From contig NC_058368.1 in NCBI RefSeq assembly GCF_018350175.1, positions 170,006,001-170,070,000 of the forward strand: a stretch of 64,000 nt of DNA. The letters are read 5' to 3'. This DNA comes from Felis catus (Eukaryota). Positions 1 to 13,189 of the stretch are shown here, piece by piece (within the stretch, counting starts at the first letter, position 1; every line of letters begins with the position of its first letter). Below the pieces are notes generated by a model. The model was given only the letters and a program-made list of their open reading frames with translations. It did no database searches and was not told where the DNA came from. The position numbers were made by a program, and so were the translations under genes.

Positions 1-609
1 TATTGTATTATTATATATTTAAAGATTAAGTTAAGATAAAAATGTACAGATGACACTGCACTTACAATCACAAAAGAATAGGAATTACTGAGGTGGAGTT
101 TACAGGAGTTTTGTCAGGGGTAGGGTAATAAATTAAGAGGAGAGGGGCTTGGTGGATGGATGAGAGAAACACGCAGTTTTCATGCTTAAGGATATACTGA
201 GCATGTTGTATGTCCCTGTGTCTCTTATGTATGCATCCTATGACATATGCATCATTAGCCCAGCTAGAGAAATGGTAGAGCTCGCATTGCCTTCTCTGTC
301 CTACCAGTTAGCCTTTTGGGCTCTTTTGTGTGAGGAATCCCTGATACTGAAATAATTCTCTAGGTGGTATTACTAAATTCGTTGAGGTTTCTAGCTGTTG
401 TGGCAGCCTCATGTTTCAGCTGCTCTCCCACCTCCTGACCTCCCAAAAGAGGACTGGGTCAGCACTAAGGGGCAGGAGAGGGATGGATATATAGACAAAG
501 GAAACATAATCTTGATAAAATGGTCAATGAGCAGAAGGAATAAGAGAGGTTAGAAAGTCTAGCATCTTGGTAAAAGGAAATATTGGTGGGCTGAATAAAA
601 CTGGGGTGG

Positions 610-985
610 TGTCTCCCTCTTTAATTCAGTCAGCTATGGTGAAATACCATGGACTAGGTGGCTTATATAACAGACATTTATTTCTCACACTTCTGGAGGC
701 TAGGAAATCCAAGATCAAGATACCATCTGGGATTCCTGATGAGGACCCGTTTCCTGGCTTACAGACAGCTACTTTCTCACTGTGTCCTCACATAATGAGA
801 GAAAGAAAGAGAGAGAGTGATTGGATGTGTTCTGAGATCTCTTCTTTTTATAAAGAACTTAATCCTACCCTGGGGGCCCCACACTCATGACCTCATCTAA
901 ACCTAATTACCTCCTGAAGGGCCAATCTCCAAATTAGGTGGTTTCAATATACAAATTTGGAGGGCATAACACTGAGTTCGTAATA
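610..985 (-). mobile_element. MaLR LTR, MLT1A-like
   Basis: Typical MLT1 antisense text: 'aaataccatggactaggtggcttatataacagacatttatttctcacacttctggaggctaggaaatccaagatcaag' ... 'catgacctcatctaaacctaattacctcc'. Subfamily and ends approximate. Confidence 0.75.
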
Positions 986-1144
986 ACCGCATTAAAAACT
1001 TTTGCTCTGCTAACTTAACATGGAGTCACTCTGTCAACATAATCAATGTATTTGTATGTCTGCACCTAAAACAGACTGCTTATTGTCCCTTAATATCTCC
1101 TTTTCCCTCTTTCAATAACAATGGAATATCTAATAATTAGAAGT

Positions 1145-4100
1145 CAGTTGTTGAATTTCCCTATATCTTGTGATTTTCTAGGTAGCCTTTTCTTACTGAT
1201 TTCTAGTTAGTTCTCTGATGGTCTGACAACATCTCTTGAATAATTTTACTACTTTAAATTTGTTGAGATTTGTTTTATAGTGCAAAATATGGTCTATTTT
1301 GAGGAATGTTCCACATGCACTGAGAAGAATGTGTATTCTGCTATAACTGGGTAAAATGTTCTAGAAATGTCAGTCAGGTAATGTTTGTTGGTAGTGTTCT
1401 TCAGATATTCTCCATCATCACTGATTTTGTTTCCTTGTTCTATCACCTATTGAAAGAGAAGTGTTGAAGTACTCAAATGTAATTCTGGATTTGTCATTTT
1501 TGCCTTTCAGTTTCATCACATTTTGCTTCAGGTATTTTGTAGCTTTGTTATCCAATTCTTGAAGAACGTACTCCTTTCCACTCTTCATCATGTGATATAC
1601 CTCTTTATCCTTTATCTGCTGTTAGTATAGCTACTTTAGCTTCCTTTTGATTAGTATTGACATGGAATATCTTTTTTCTTTTTTTAACTTTTAACCTATA
1701 TTTTTATAACTAAAATTGATTTACCATAGATAGCATATAATTAGAACTTGATTTTTTTTATTAAATGTAACATTTTTTTGTCTTTTACTTGATGTTTTTA
1801 GACAGTTTACCTTTAAAGTATTACTGATATGTGTGGATTAAAGACTATCATCTATCTAGCTGTTTTCTCTTTGTTCCATCTTTCAAACTTTGTTCTTTGT
1901 TCTTTTTCTCCTTCTGCCTTTTAAAAATGTTTGTTATTCCATTTTATCACAACTATTTGCTTATTGTTTATACTCCTCTTTAATATTTTAGTGGTTCCCC
2001 TAGAATTTATAATATACATCAAGGGGCATCTGGGGTGGTTCAGTCAACTGGGCGTCCAACTTCTGCTCAGGTCATGATCTCACGGTTTGTGAGTTCGAGC
2101 CCCACGATGGGCTCTGTGCTGACAGCTCAGAGCCTGGAACCTGATTTGGATTCTGTGTCTCCCTCTCTCTTTGTCCTTCCCCCACTCACACTCTCAAAAA
2201 AAGAGGAATAAATGTAAAAAAATTTTATAATATACATCAAATAATTTATTATGACTTCACAATAGTGGAAGGTCCTTACAATAGTATATTCCCAACTCCT
2301 TCCTTTCATTTTCTGTGCTATTTTTGTTATATGTTTTACTTTTATATATGATATAAATACACAATGCTTTGTTACTTTGTTTGCTTTAGACAGCCATGTC
2401 TCTTTTATGACCAATTAAAAATAAGACAAAATGATTTTTAACTACATTTAATATATTTCCAATCCACTTCATTTCTTTGTACAGACTTCAGTTCTGTTGG
2501 GTAGCCTACTGCTGCTGCCTGAAGACCTTCCTTTAACATTTCTTCTAGTATTGATCTTCATGTTATTAATTTGCTAATTTTTTGCTTCAGAAGGCCTTTA
2601 TTTCTTTTTTGCTCTTGAAAATTGTTTTAACTAGATACTGAATTCCTAGTTGACAGGATTTTGTTTTCACTTTTCATTAAAAAAAATGTAACTCCATTTC
2701 CTTTCAGTTTGAGTAGTTTCTCATGAGAAGCCTATAATTCTTATATATATATAATTCCCCTCAGTATGTAATATGTCCTTCATTTCTTATTACCTTCAAT
2801 ATTTTCTCTTTGTCTTTGGTTTTCAGCAGTTTGAATATAATCTACCTAAATGTCTTAGTTTGTTTGCCAGCTTATTTCTTAGTTTGCTTTTGTTTTTATC
2901 ATGCTTGGTGTTCTCTCACCTTCTTGGAGCTGACATTTTGTTTATGTCATTAATTTTGCAAATTTTTCAACAAGTGTTTCTTTAATATTTCCTATGATCT
3001 GTGTTTTCTCCCCCCTTCACTTCTCTTTGTGTTTTAGATTAAGTCATTTATATTGACTCATCTTCAAATTCATTGTTTCTTCTACTCAGCGGTATTAAGT
3101 CTCTGATAAGCCCATTGAATGCATTCTTTGTTACTCTGCTTTTCATATCCAGAATTTATTTTTTTATTCAAATTCATGCTAGTTAATATATAATGTATTA
3201 TTGGTTTCAGGAGTAGAATTTAGTGATTCATTAGTATTTATGTTTATTTCTTATACTGTCTCTCTCTGCTGAATTACTTATCTGGTCATCATGGTGTTCT
3301 CCTTTTCCTCTAGAGCTTTTACCATATTCATGATATTTATTTTAAATTCTCTAATAGTTATGGACAACATCAGTAGCATATCTGAGTCTGGTTCTATTGA
3401 TTGCTTTGTCTCTTGACAGAAGTTTGTTTTCATTTGCTTTACATGCCTCATAACTTTTTGTTAAAAGATGAAGTTGGCCATCTTGTGTAGGAGAGAAGAG
3501 TCTGAGGTAAAAACTTTTGAAGGCTGGAAATGGACACTTGTCTCCTTTTGGTAGGCTTTGTTTGGTGTGTGTCTGTGTCTCTGTGTGTATGGTGGGAGTG
3601 GCTGGGTCATTATTGCTATAAGTTTAGCTGCATTTTAGAGTTGTTGCTAGGATTACTCTTGGTATAACAAGCGTCAAAGCCTCCAGGATAACTTTCTATT
3701 TAGCATGTGGGCTGGTTTACCAGAGGGTTTTTCTTCAACATCTGCTCCATCCTCAATTTTGGGCCTGCCTTTTGCATTATGACTCAAAAAGTGTCTCTCT
3801 GCATGCTTCTGCTCCTCTTCAAGCAGTAGACCACTTTTGTTCTGTTTAAGTGTCAGTCCTCAGCAGATACTATGTTGCTGAGTCTTGGGGGTAGGTCTTT
3901 CTCAGTGATCTTATTCACTCTCAGCTGCAGGTCTGGTCCCAGCAAGTATTTTCATTCCTTTTTCAAGTGTATAAGGTTTTGTTTTATTCCCTTCCCCCAG
4001 CATCAATGGGTTTTCATCAGTGCCTTAGGGCATCAGGTTTTATTTCTCTGCCTCTAACAGCCTAAGCCTTTTATTTCATAGAATATACAGGGAGAATGAC

Positions 4101-4545
4101 CTGTGTTTTCCCCCCACAGCCCTTATTTCTCCAGACCTACATCATAAGGTCTACATGTTTAGTTCTCTTGTGTGAGAACCTCATCCTTTACAGAAAGTCC
4201 TGTGATGAATGGAAGTTCTCTTTGTGCTTATATTATCCAGGGGTTCTTTATACTTGCCAAACCACAGTTGGCCTTTAGCAATTCATTTAAGAATTAAGTT
4301 GAATTCTTACCTGTGACAGATAACATCTATCCTAGGTAAGCAAGTGTTCATGTCCTAACTCTTGCTGGATGTGTTTTCCTTGGATTTCATGTTAGTAGGT
4401 GATCATCACTTCTCTGCTGCATTCAGGAAAAGTTATTCATTTTCAGATTATTTGGTGTTTTTGCTGCTCCTGCTGTTGTTATTGTTATAAGTGCAAAAGA
4501 AATGCTCTTTACAGCATTCTACATCCTGAGTAGAAACTGAAAGTC
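1145..4545 (-). mobile_element. Ancient L1M (L1MC/MD-like) 5' region, ORF1 and ORF2 endonuclease remnant
   Basis: Antisense endonuclease-region text 'ggtctattttgaggaatgttccacatgcactgagaagaatgtgtattctgct' (1291-1342) and ORF1-type text at 2500-3420. Heavily decayed. Contains a short L1 3'-end fragment at about 3155-3232. Confidence 0.75.
2023..2222 (+). mobile_element. Can-SINE (SINEC_Fc-type)
   Basis: Starts 'ggggcatctggggtggttcagtc', has CT-rich region and A tail. TSD 'tttataatatacatcaa' on both sides. Confidence 0.95.
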
Positions 4546-4675
4546 CCAGAACACACAATATTTAGCTGGGCATGTGACCAGTTGGAGCTAAGGCTCTGTT
4601 TCCTGGCCTCTCTTATGGCTAGATCTGGCCAATTATATGTACATGGAAGATGTGCAACTTCCAGCAAATATTCTT

Positions 4676-4944
4676 TTTTTTAATTTTTTTGATGTTTATT
4701 TTTGAAGGCTAGAGAGGCAGAGCATGAGTGGAGGAAGAGCATGAGTGGAAGAGCATGAGTGGAGGAAGAGCATGAGTGGAGGAAGAGCATGAGTGGAAGA
4801 GAGAGGGGGAGACAGAATCTGAAGCAGTCTACAGACTTTGATCTGTCAGCACAGAGCCTGATGCGGGGCTAGAACCCATGAGCTGTGAGATCATGATCTG
4901 AGCTGAAGTCGGACGTTCAACCAACTGAGTCACCCAGGCGCCCC
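4676..4944 (-). mobile_element. Can-SINE with internal minisatellite
   Basis: Ends 'ccaactgagtcacccaggcgcccc'. TSD 'ttccagcaaatattctt' at 4659-4675 and 4945-4961. Confidence 0.95.
4720..4798. repeat. Minisatellite, 5 units of gagcatgagtgga(gga)a (17,14,17,17,14 bp)
   Basis: Read directly from the sequence. Confidence 0.95.
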
Positions 4945-7129
4945 TTCCAGCAAATATTCTTAAAGGGGGAGAGAGGAAGCATGGTCTTTTCCCTCCTTTT
5001 CCTTGTTCTGCTGACTCAAATGCTGCTGACATGAGATCTGAAACTGATGCAACCATCTTGTACCATGAAGTTAGTTTAGTAAAAGAGGACATATCTGGTA
5101 GTACAGGAAGATAAAAGGAGCTTCGTATAGCACTTTGCCTATGCAGATATTCACCTCAGTAAGACAAAAAAATAAATGAAATAACTTGTATCTCGTTTAA
5201 TTTGCTGGACATTCTCTTTTATCGCTGAACCTAATCCTAACTTATTTTATAAGCATTCATATCAGTGATTAGCAATTAGCATCGAGATGAAGCAGTGTTT
5301 GGATACCAGTGTCCTGGTTATCATTTCTGGTGCAATAAACTTTCTCTCTCTCCATCCCTGCCCCCTTAACCTTTAGCACCCAGCCCCCAGCTGAGAGGTT
5401 CACATATCATTGGTGCTCAATAAATATTCATTAATGAAAAATGGAAGCATACCATCTAACTTGACTTCTCCAGATGACAAATTTGCACTGATATTTTTGT
5501 TATTTTATATAATCATGATTTGTAAACCCCATCCCACCTGCACCATTTAAACCCACCCTCAATCTTTACAGATCCATAATAAGCAGAATGAGTTCCTTTT
5601 CTTCCCTTTTGGTTTTTCCCCCTCTTAGGGATATAAGTAGGGCAAGAACAGTTTATAGGGGAGAGGAAATGAGAAGCAGGGAACTAAAAAACTCATAACT
5701 GAAAAAAAAGGCTCCTGATAACTAAGAGGTAGCTCCAAATCATGTACTGGGATAACTCTTTAACTCTTTGATTCTGGTTGAGTGTTAGGCTGTAAAAGTG
5801 TACTTGGAAGAAATACTTCTTTTCCTTTCCCAGAAAGCTACTATCTTCAAGTTATTTATATCCCATGCTGAAGAGGAAAACAGTAAGACAGTTCTGCAAT
5901 CTGTCACTGGACCATCGAGCAAATGCTTGAAGCTCCTACCAAGTAGCCAAATGTGGCCTGAGAGCACCTGTGCCATCTTAGGCAAACTCTGAATTCCTTA
6001 AGACCAGAATCTATGCCATCTGTTTAAATTTCAAATGTCATACCATAAAGAACATAATATGTAAGATATTTCTTACACCTACAGCTGCTGTTACTGCAAA
6101 AATACCAGAAACTAACAACTTGAAGGATTTAATTGGAGATGAAGGAAACTGTATTGAGAAATAACATCTCTCCATGTAAGAAGCAAAGAAAAGACATGTT
6201 TCTCTTTTCTCTGTATTATTAGAACTTGTCTGCCCTCCTCAGCACATCAGCCCTAATGATGCTGAAGTCCATGAAAGATAATTGCCTTGAGTCATTCTCT
6301 AGCCACAGAGAAGGTAAGATTAATAAAGAACATTTGTTATAATTTTGCAACCAATTTATGTAATGGAACTCATAATAAATAACCACATTTAACACAAGCA
6401 TTCATCAAAGCCAATTTACACATCAATTTGTTCACTATGTGTTAAACCAACCATTTATAAGAAGAAGTTGGTTTCTTCCTGTGTCCCCTTTTCTCTCTGT
6501 TAAAGTAAAAATTACTGGTAGATATGGTAATGTGGGGGGCTTTTATACAGGCAGCATTGATAGTGATATATATTACTTCTCAGCTGTTGATACATGATGT
6601 ATAATTTTGCACAGCATGTTGCTTCTGTCTGGACTAAGAGCAAATTATTGTTTTTAAAATATAAAACCATTATTGATAGTCTTTTCTTCTCTCAATAACT
6701 TGTCACCTCAGGTGAGTACAGTTCACCATAAGAGAGGCTTTGTATTTTCATAGACTGTCATGTCTTAATTATTCACAGAAAAAGGGACAGGTGCAGTCTA
6801 CTAAATGAAATTCATAAATTATCTCCAAGCATTTTATTAATTAAACACCATTTAATTAATAAACCATTTTCAAGTTACCCTATTCCCAAGCTTTCGCTAA
6901 CATCGTCACCTCTGATGTTTTTATCTTCCCACTGCTGCAAGGATATGATGGCTCTCATCTGTGTATATCCTAGAAAATTCTGCCACTATATAGTCACAAG
7001 TCTGTGTAAAAGGAAAAAATGGATCCCAATCTGTATTCACAAAGAAAAATTGAAGTCAAAATTGTTGCTGATGTGTGAAACAAACTTAAATAAGAAAAAG
7101 ACCAGTCATAAATGGTTAGCGGTGCCCAT

Positions 7130-7412
7130 TGTGGTAGGCCAAATAATGTCCCCCTTAAAATGTCCATATTTTAATTGCAGGAGCCTATGAATATCTTACC
7201 TTACGCAGCAAAAAGGAATTGGCAAATGTAATTAAATTAAGGCTCTTGAGATGAGGATGTTATCCTGGATTATTGATGTAATCACAAAGGATTCTTATGA
7301 GAATAAAGCGGAAGGTCAGAATTAGAAAAATGGAGATATGTTAATAGAGGGGGAGGTGGGAGGGATGCAGGGTTATGAGCTGAGGAATATGAGCAACCTC
7401 TAGAAGCCATAA
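7130..7412 (+). mobile_element. MaLR LTR fragment, MLT1D-like
   Basis: 'tgtggtaggccaaataatgtcccc...aatgtaattaaattaaggctcttgagatg...ttatcctggattat...gtaatcacaaagg...ctgaggaatatgagcaacctctagaagc'. Confidence 0.75.
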
Positions 7413-8373
7413 AATAACCATATTCCTATGGCATTCCTCATTTATACCTTTGAACAAGGACCATGTGTATCTTTGTTCAGAGGTACCAAATATTCCTATC
7501 ATGTCAGTCCATAAGGTAGACTTATGGAAGAGTAATAAGAGATACTTGGGATCAAAGTCTCTGTTTGAAGAACATATTTGATGATGTTTCTGGGAATTGA
7601 TACTGTTGTTATAAAGATGGCAGTCACATTGAGAGTGCTATAACTCGCTTCCCTTCTACTTCTTATTTTTCAACCTTAGAAAGTTATTTTTACCATGAAG
7701 GCAATGTCTAAATATTCAGTAAGGTATTTCTGAATGACTCTTGCTTTGGGAAGAGCATAAAATGCTAGTCTTTAAGTATTGAATGCAATAAATTATACTC
7801 TAATTTACCACTTCAATATGTCTTGTAATGTCAAATTTTGCCTGTTGCTTATCAATCTGGCTCTCATAGTATGAACTACAATTCACTTTTTGTCTTTTTT
7901 GCTAGTAGTTTCATGTATGTTAATCTTATTTCCCTCCAGAGGTAAAGTTTCTTAGATAGACCAGGTGTTCTATGTCCTTAAGAAGCCCTCCATAAATTTT
8001 TGATTGGTTAAAAATAGACTGTATTTTATTTAAGCCACAGTTTTATCAGTGCTTTTGTCTCAGATAGGTCATTAATTGTTCTTTCAGTCTAACGATACTG
8101 AGGTTAAGTGTTTGAAACAAATGACATCTTCAGGATTGTTTCACACAGTTGCTTTTTCTTCTGAATTTGTACTAATTCTTTTGAATTTTATCTCGCAAAA
8201 ATGATTTTACTATATTAAACAATAATTAATTCTAAAAATAAGTCTTATTCTCTCCCTTGAAAAGGAAGGGGTCTTAATCCTTTTCTAAGGAACTTCTTAA
8301 TCCTTATTTCAATATTTTTATGTCTTAGAACTGACATGTTGATTTCTAATGTCTTTCTAAGACAATGGCTTCT

Positions 8374-8586
8374 TTTTCTTTTTTAAGTTTATTTACTTGT
8401 TTTGAGATAGAGTGAGCGTGTGTGTGCAGTGGGGGGCGAGAGAGAAAAGGAGGGAGAGAATCCTAAGCAGGCTTCATGCTGTTGCCACAGAGCCTGATGC
8501 AGGGCTCAGTCTCACAAACCATGAGATCATGACCTGAGCGGAAATCAAGAATAAGACACTTAATGGACTATGCCACCCAGGTGCCC
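8374..8586 (-). mobile_element. Can-SINE
   Basis: Ends 'gccacccaggtgccc'. TSD 'ctaagacaatggYttct' at 8357-8373 and 8587-8603. Confidence 0.93.
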
Positions 8587-9574
8587 CTAAGACAATGGTT
8601 TCTGACCTTGAGTCACAAACTCCAGAAGGTCTATGAAGGTGTTGCATGTAGGTTCTGAGATGCCCAAGGCAGCTGCATGTTTGAGGGTATGAGCGGGGTT
8701 CATGGCTGATGCCAAAAATCCCACAGCCTCCCTTGCTTTTTGCTCCAGATAGATCGTATAGGCCACTTCATAACCCCTTAACCCTAATGTCACATACCAG
8801 TTACTCTGATTTAGTTTGGTGCTAAATGAATTTGTAAAGCATGTAAGAAGATGTAATATCACCAAACAAGTCCACATGCTGAAAATGCCAGACCTATGTA
8901 TCCACGTGGCTACATTAAGCCAGAAAATTCAAAATGATTCCTTAATCTCTCATCAGACCTATAAATATGAGATTTCTTCCCATTTCATGGAAATTCTCCA
9001 GTGAACAGTAACTATAGTCACTGGGGTTATTGTTTGAAAAGACAATAAGCTTCCACCTGTCTTAGCAAAAATAAATTAATAAGTAATTTTAAAAATAGGA
9101 GCAAAAGCCACATGGTTCTAGTGTTGGTAGCTATAGTGGTGGTTTCTAGTGAGCAGAAGTAGCAGAACTTCTGTGGTCCATTACACAGTGTAGGCAGAGG
9201 CCTAGAGTCTTTTCCTTAATCTTCCAAAGATTCTGTGAACTATAGAATCTTCAGCCCATTCTGCTTAATCTATCAGGTTCTGTGGTCTGCCATGAGCACA
9301 CCATTTAATCCAGAAAAGTGGGGAAAAAAACACCTTACAAGGCATAAAGAAAGAGAAGACAACTGTAAGAACTAAACTTTTTGTGACAGTTGACTTTCTT
9401 CTGAGCACAGCCATTAATCCTGCTGTCAGCAGGAATAAAGATTCTTCCTGAAAAAGGTGAAAAGCTGCATTCTTGTAACAGTGAGTGGTGGTGGCATGCA
9501 GATGAGAAGGAGCCTTCAGAGCCCAGACCTCCTATTTGTTAACTCTACTTCAAAACTTCAATAAAATAAGCATT

Positions 9575-9781
9575 TTGGTTTTTATTTATTTTAAAAAATT
9601 TAATGTTTATTTAGTTTGGAAGGAGAAAGAGACAGGTCGTAAGCTGGGGAGGGGCAGAGAGAGAGGGAGACACAGAATCCAAAGCAGGCTCCAACCTCTG
9701 AGTTGTCAGCACAGAGCTCCAAGTGGGGCTCCAACTCACGAACTGTGAGATCATGGCCGGAGCTGAAGTTGGACACTTAAT
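9575..9781 (-). mobile_element. Can-SINE lacking its first ~22 nt
   Basis: Body 'gagggagacacagaatccaaagcaggctcc...gctgaagttggacacttaa' stops before the 'ccacccaggcgcccc' head. No TSD visible. Confidence 0.9.
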
Positions 9782-10409
9782 TTCCTGCTAATCTGAAAGC
9801 CATCTCCAACTTATCCTGCAGCTGTCCTCCCCACCCTATGTGTCCTATGATTCTCCCCACTGCTCTGCCTTTTAAATCACTGGAGTGGGAGGTGGGCTCT
9901 GCAGCATTTTAGCTCTTTGCGATTTCCATCAGCCCCTAATGTGACTCCAAAACAACACACATTAAAACATAGTGTTCTTTTCATACAAGCACAGATTCAA
10001 GACAAATTACTCGGTTTGCTCTTTTTTTTTTTTTTTTTCCACATGGCTACCCCTAGGATCTTTCTTTCTAGGTATTCTAAAGCCACTACTAAATTTTGCA
10101 CATACTCCCAATCCAAGGACTAGTCTATTTTCCCCAGACTCCCCACATTTATTGACACTGATAAAAGACCACTAAATTGTGTACTTTGTGGTGGTGGAGG
10201 TGGGAACACACACAAAATAATCCTTGCCCTTAAGTCTTGGAATGCACTCTACAAAGGGAATTCTTTTTATGCAGCCTGGGGCCCAACTTCCTTAGCCCTA
10301 TGCTATCATAAATAGTTGAATGTTGAGTAGCACATTTACAATAGTTCTCCTCTTATCTGTCAGCTCTCATTCACTCTTCCTTAGGCCAATGTAGATGAGT
10401 GGAAAATGC

Positions 10410-10630
10410 ACAATTTAGGCAGGCTGAAGATCATATTCTGGATGTTGCCCCTATAAAATGTGTGATTTTGAACCAATTGTTTAACTTCTTTGCATCTTGG
10501 TTTTCTCAAATGTAAAAATAGAAATGATATGTCATGATTTAGCTGACATTTTGATGTGAAAATTAAAAACTAAATGGGATAATGAACATATTACCTGCCA
10601 CATTACCATTATATGCTCAAATAAATAACA
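10410..10630 (+). mobile_element. MIR remnant
   Basis: 'tgtgtgattttgaaccaattgtttaacttctttgcatcttggttttctcaaatgtaaaaatag' resembles the MIR core. Confidence 0.6.
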
Positions 10631-10971
10631 TATTATTTTTCTGTATTAATAAAACATCAGATTTACACTCAGAGAGCTGGCATATTTCATTGCAATGATG
10701 GAAGCCTGGATTAATCCAGGTCAAAAACAGATAAAACACATCTTGCTGAGTGCATCAGTGACCAAGAAAAGTCAAATTACCAATTATTCCATTTTCAGAT
10801 AGTATATTTCCAGAATCCAAATTAATCACATTATGGTATGCAGGATGACTGGGCTAGAAGGAATGTACTGCTTAAGACCAATAAATAGTGTGGTGACATT
10901 TATTAGAACAAAAATTGCCAAGAATGAGCAGAATCTTCTACTTCCTTGGACATATTTGGACCAAAGTGGCA

Positions 10972-11151
10972 TATCTTTTAGGATCACTGTTAATCATCCT
11001 AGTTGATGTCCTGCTTTATTCTTTTGTTTCCTCAATGATTTTAATCTAGCCCCTAAGTAAGGTTGAATTATTTCTTTCCTTTCTGTAATCATTAACATAT
11101 AGACATATACTCTTTTGTTTTACCTCCCACTTCCAATCTTTTTCCTAAAAG
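10972..11151 (+). repeat. Non-repeat-looking segment duplicated in direct orientation at 12249-12428
   Basis: 'tcactgttaatcatcctagttgatgtcctgct...tacctcccacttccaatctttttcctaaaag' recurs with about 90% identity. Confidence 0.95.
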
Positions 11152-12200
11152 CAGTGTGTGTCAAAAACCACTTTATGTCTTAGTATTTGGGAGCCTCATG
11201 CCACAGTAGAAAAATGCTCACTATCTGTTGTTGCTGTTGGGTATAAATGAGGCTGATGTATTTTGGAAACTACCTGTCCAAAGCCACTGTAGTTTGACTA
11301 ATGGATCCGAACAGTGATGTCAATCTTATTCTCTTCTTTGTTTGAAGATGCTCAGTGGCAAAACAGTGATTCATTTTTCTAGGTAACTCATGAAGTAAAA
11401 TGCGGTAGTCTAAAAGCAACTTGATATGAATGCAACATTCTTTTTTCAGCTTTGAGCACTTTCAAGATCTAAGATGAATAGGCTTTGTAAATTTGGAGTT
11501 ATTAATACTTAGGTTTCTTTAATTTATTTCTATATATATAACAGGATGACCAAACCATTTACTAACCAAGCCATGATTTAACTGTCTGGCCTAGCAAAGT
11601 GCAACAATATGTCCTCCCAAGCTCTTTGCAACAGACTTTTTCCCCCTCTCTGTTTATCCTCCATCATTTGCTGGGCCCTGCAAAATCCCATCAGGTAATC
11701 CTTCGGGATTTATTCCATGCCCATAGTGGCTTGTTCTGGCTTATGAGTGTGATTTGAAAAATTATTTTGTTTGCTTAAATGTGTCCTTAATAAGTGTTTT
11801 TTTAATTATATCTTACTATTTTTTATTTTTTAAATTCCAGTCTAGTTGACATACAGTGTTATCTTAACTTTAGGTGTAACAATATAGTAATTCAACAATT
11901 CTATACATTACTCAGTGCTCATCATGATGCTTGTACTGTTAATGTCCTTTACGTATTTTATCCATCTCCCCCTTCCCCCCCGCCTCTGGTAACCATTAGT
12001 TCTCTATAGTTAGGAATCTACATTTTGCTTTGTCTCTTTTTTCCTTTATTTCTTATATTCCATATATGAGTGAAATCATATGCTATTTGTTTTTCTCTGA
12101 CTGACTTATCCTTATCTCATTTAGTATTATGTTCTCTAGATTCATCCATGTTGTTGCAAATGGCAAGATTTCATTCTTTTTTGTGTCTGAGTAATATTCC

Positions 12201-12202
<2 letters not shown>

Positions 12203-12251
<49 letters not shown>

Positions 12252-12528
12252 CTTTTGAAATCACTGTTGACCATCCTAGTTGATGTCCTGCTGTATTCTT
12301 TTGTTTCCTCAATGATTTTAATCTAGCCCCTAAGTAAAGTTGAGTTGTTTCTTTCCTCTCTGTAATCATTAATATATAGACATATACTCTTTTATTTTAC
12401 CTCCCACTTCCAATGTTTTTCCTAAAAGTACAAGCATCATGATGAGCATTGAGTAATGTATAGAACTGTTGAATTACTGTATTGTTACACTTAAAATTAA
12501 GATAACACTGTAAGTCAACTATACTGGA

Positions 12529-12581
<53 letters not shown>

Positions 12582-12625
12582 TGTGTGTGTGTGTATGCGT
12601 ACACACACACACACATGCACACACC
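12203..12625. repeat. (TG)n tract at 12203-12249 and compound (AT)n(GT)n...(AC)n tract at 12530-12625, flanking a templated insertion
   Basis: Read directly from the sequence. Confidence 0.95.
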
Positions 12626-13189
12626 ACAGATAATGCTGCACTAAACATAGGGGTGCATATATCCTTTCAAATTGCTGTTTTCACATTCTTTGTGTAAATA
12701 CCCAGCAGTAGGATTACTGGATCATATGATAATTCTATTTATAATTTTTTGAGGAAACTCCATACTGTTTCCGTATGGCTACACCAGTTTTCATTCCCAC
12801 CAAAAGTACACTAGGGTTCCTTTTTCTCTATATCCTCACCAACACTTATTTCTTGTGTTTTTGATTTTAGCCATTCTGACAGATGTGAGGTGATATCTCA
12901 TTGTGTTTAGGGGAAAAGACCTCAGTTTTTCACCTTTGAGTATGATGTTAACTATGGGTTTTTCATATATAGCCTTTATTATGTTGAACTATGTATTCGG
13001 TGTTGAGGGTTTTTAATCATAAATGGATGTTGTTCTTTGGCAAATGCTTTTTCTGCATCTATTGAAACAATTATATAGTTTTATCCTTTGTTTTGTTGAT
13101 ATGATGTGTCATATTGATTGATTTGTGAATATTGAACCACCTTGCATCCCAGAAATAAATCCCATGTGATCATGGTGAGTGATTTTTTT

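Larger units (their letters stand above)
1070..5245 (+). mobile_element. Old MaLR LTR (MLT1J/I-like) split in two (about 1070-1140 and 4548-5245) by an L1 insertion
   Basis: 5' piece 'ctgcttattgtcccttaatatctccttttccctctttcaataaca' continues at 4560 as 'tttagctgggcatgtgacc...ctggccaat...caaccatcttgtaccatgaag...gctgaacctaatcctaact', the order expected for MLT1J-class LTRs (recalled consensus). Confidence 0.5.

Noticed and set aside
4720..4798. CRISPR-like array
   Set aside because: Eukaryotic DNA. The units are contiguous with no unique spacers and derive from SINE sequence.
5785..6401. ORFs of 60-66 aa in non-repetitive DNA as exons of another gene
   Set aside because: No convincing splice-site pair and no recognisable homology. 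The lengths are expected by chance.
12895..12925. The ~1.3-kb internal L1 deletion as a spliced L1 RNA
   Set aside because: A donor-like AAG|GTCAGG lies near one end in the sister copy, but there is no AG acceptor at the other end. The junction fits short microhomology instead.
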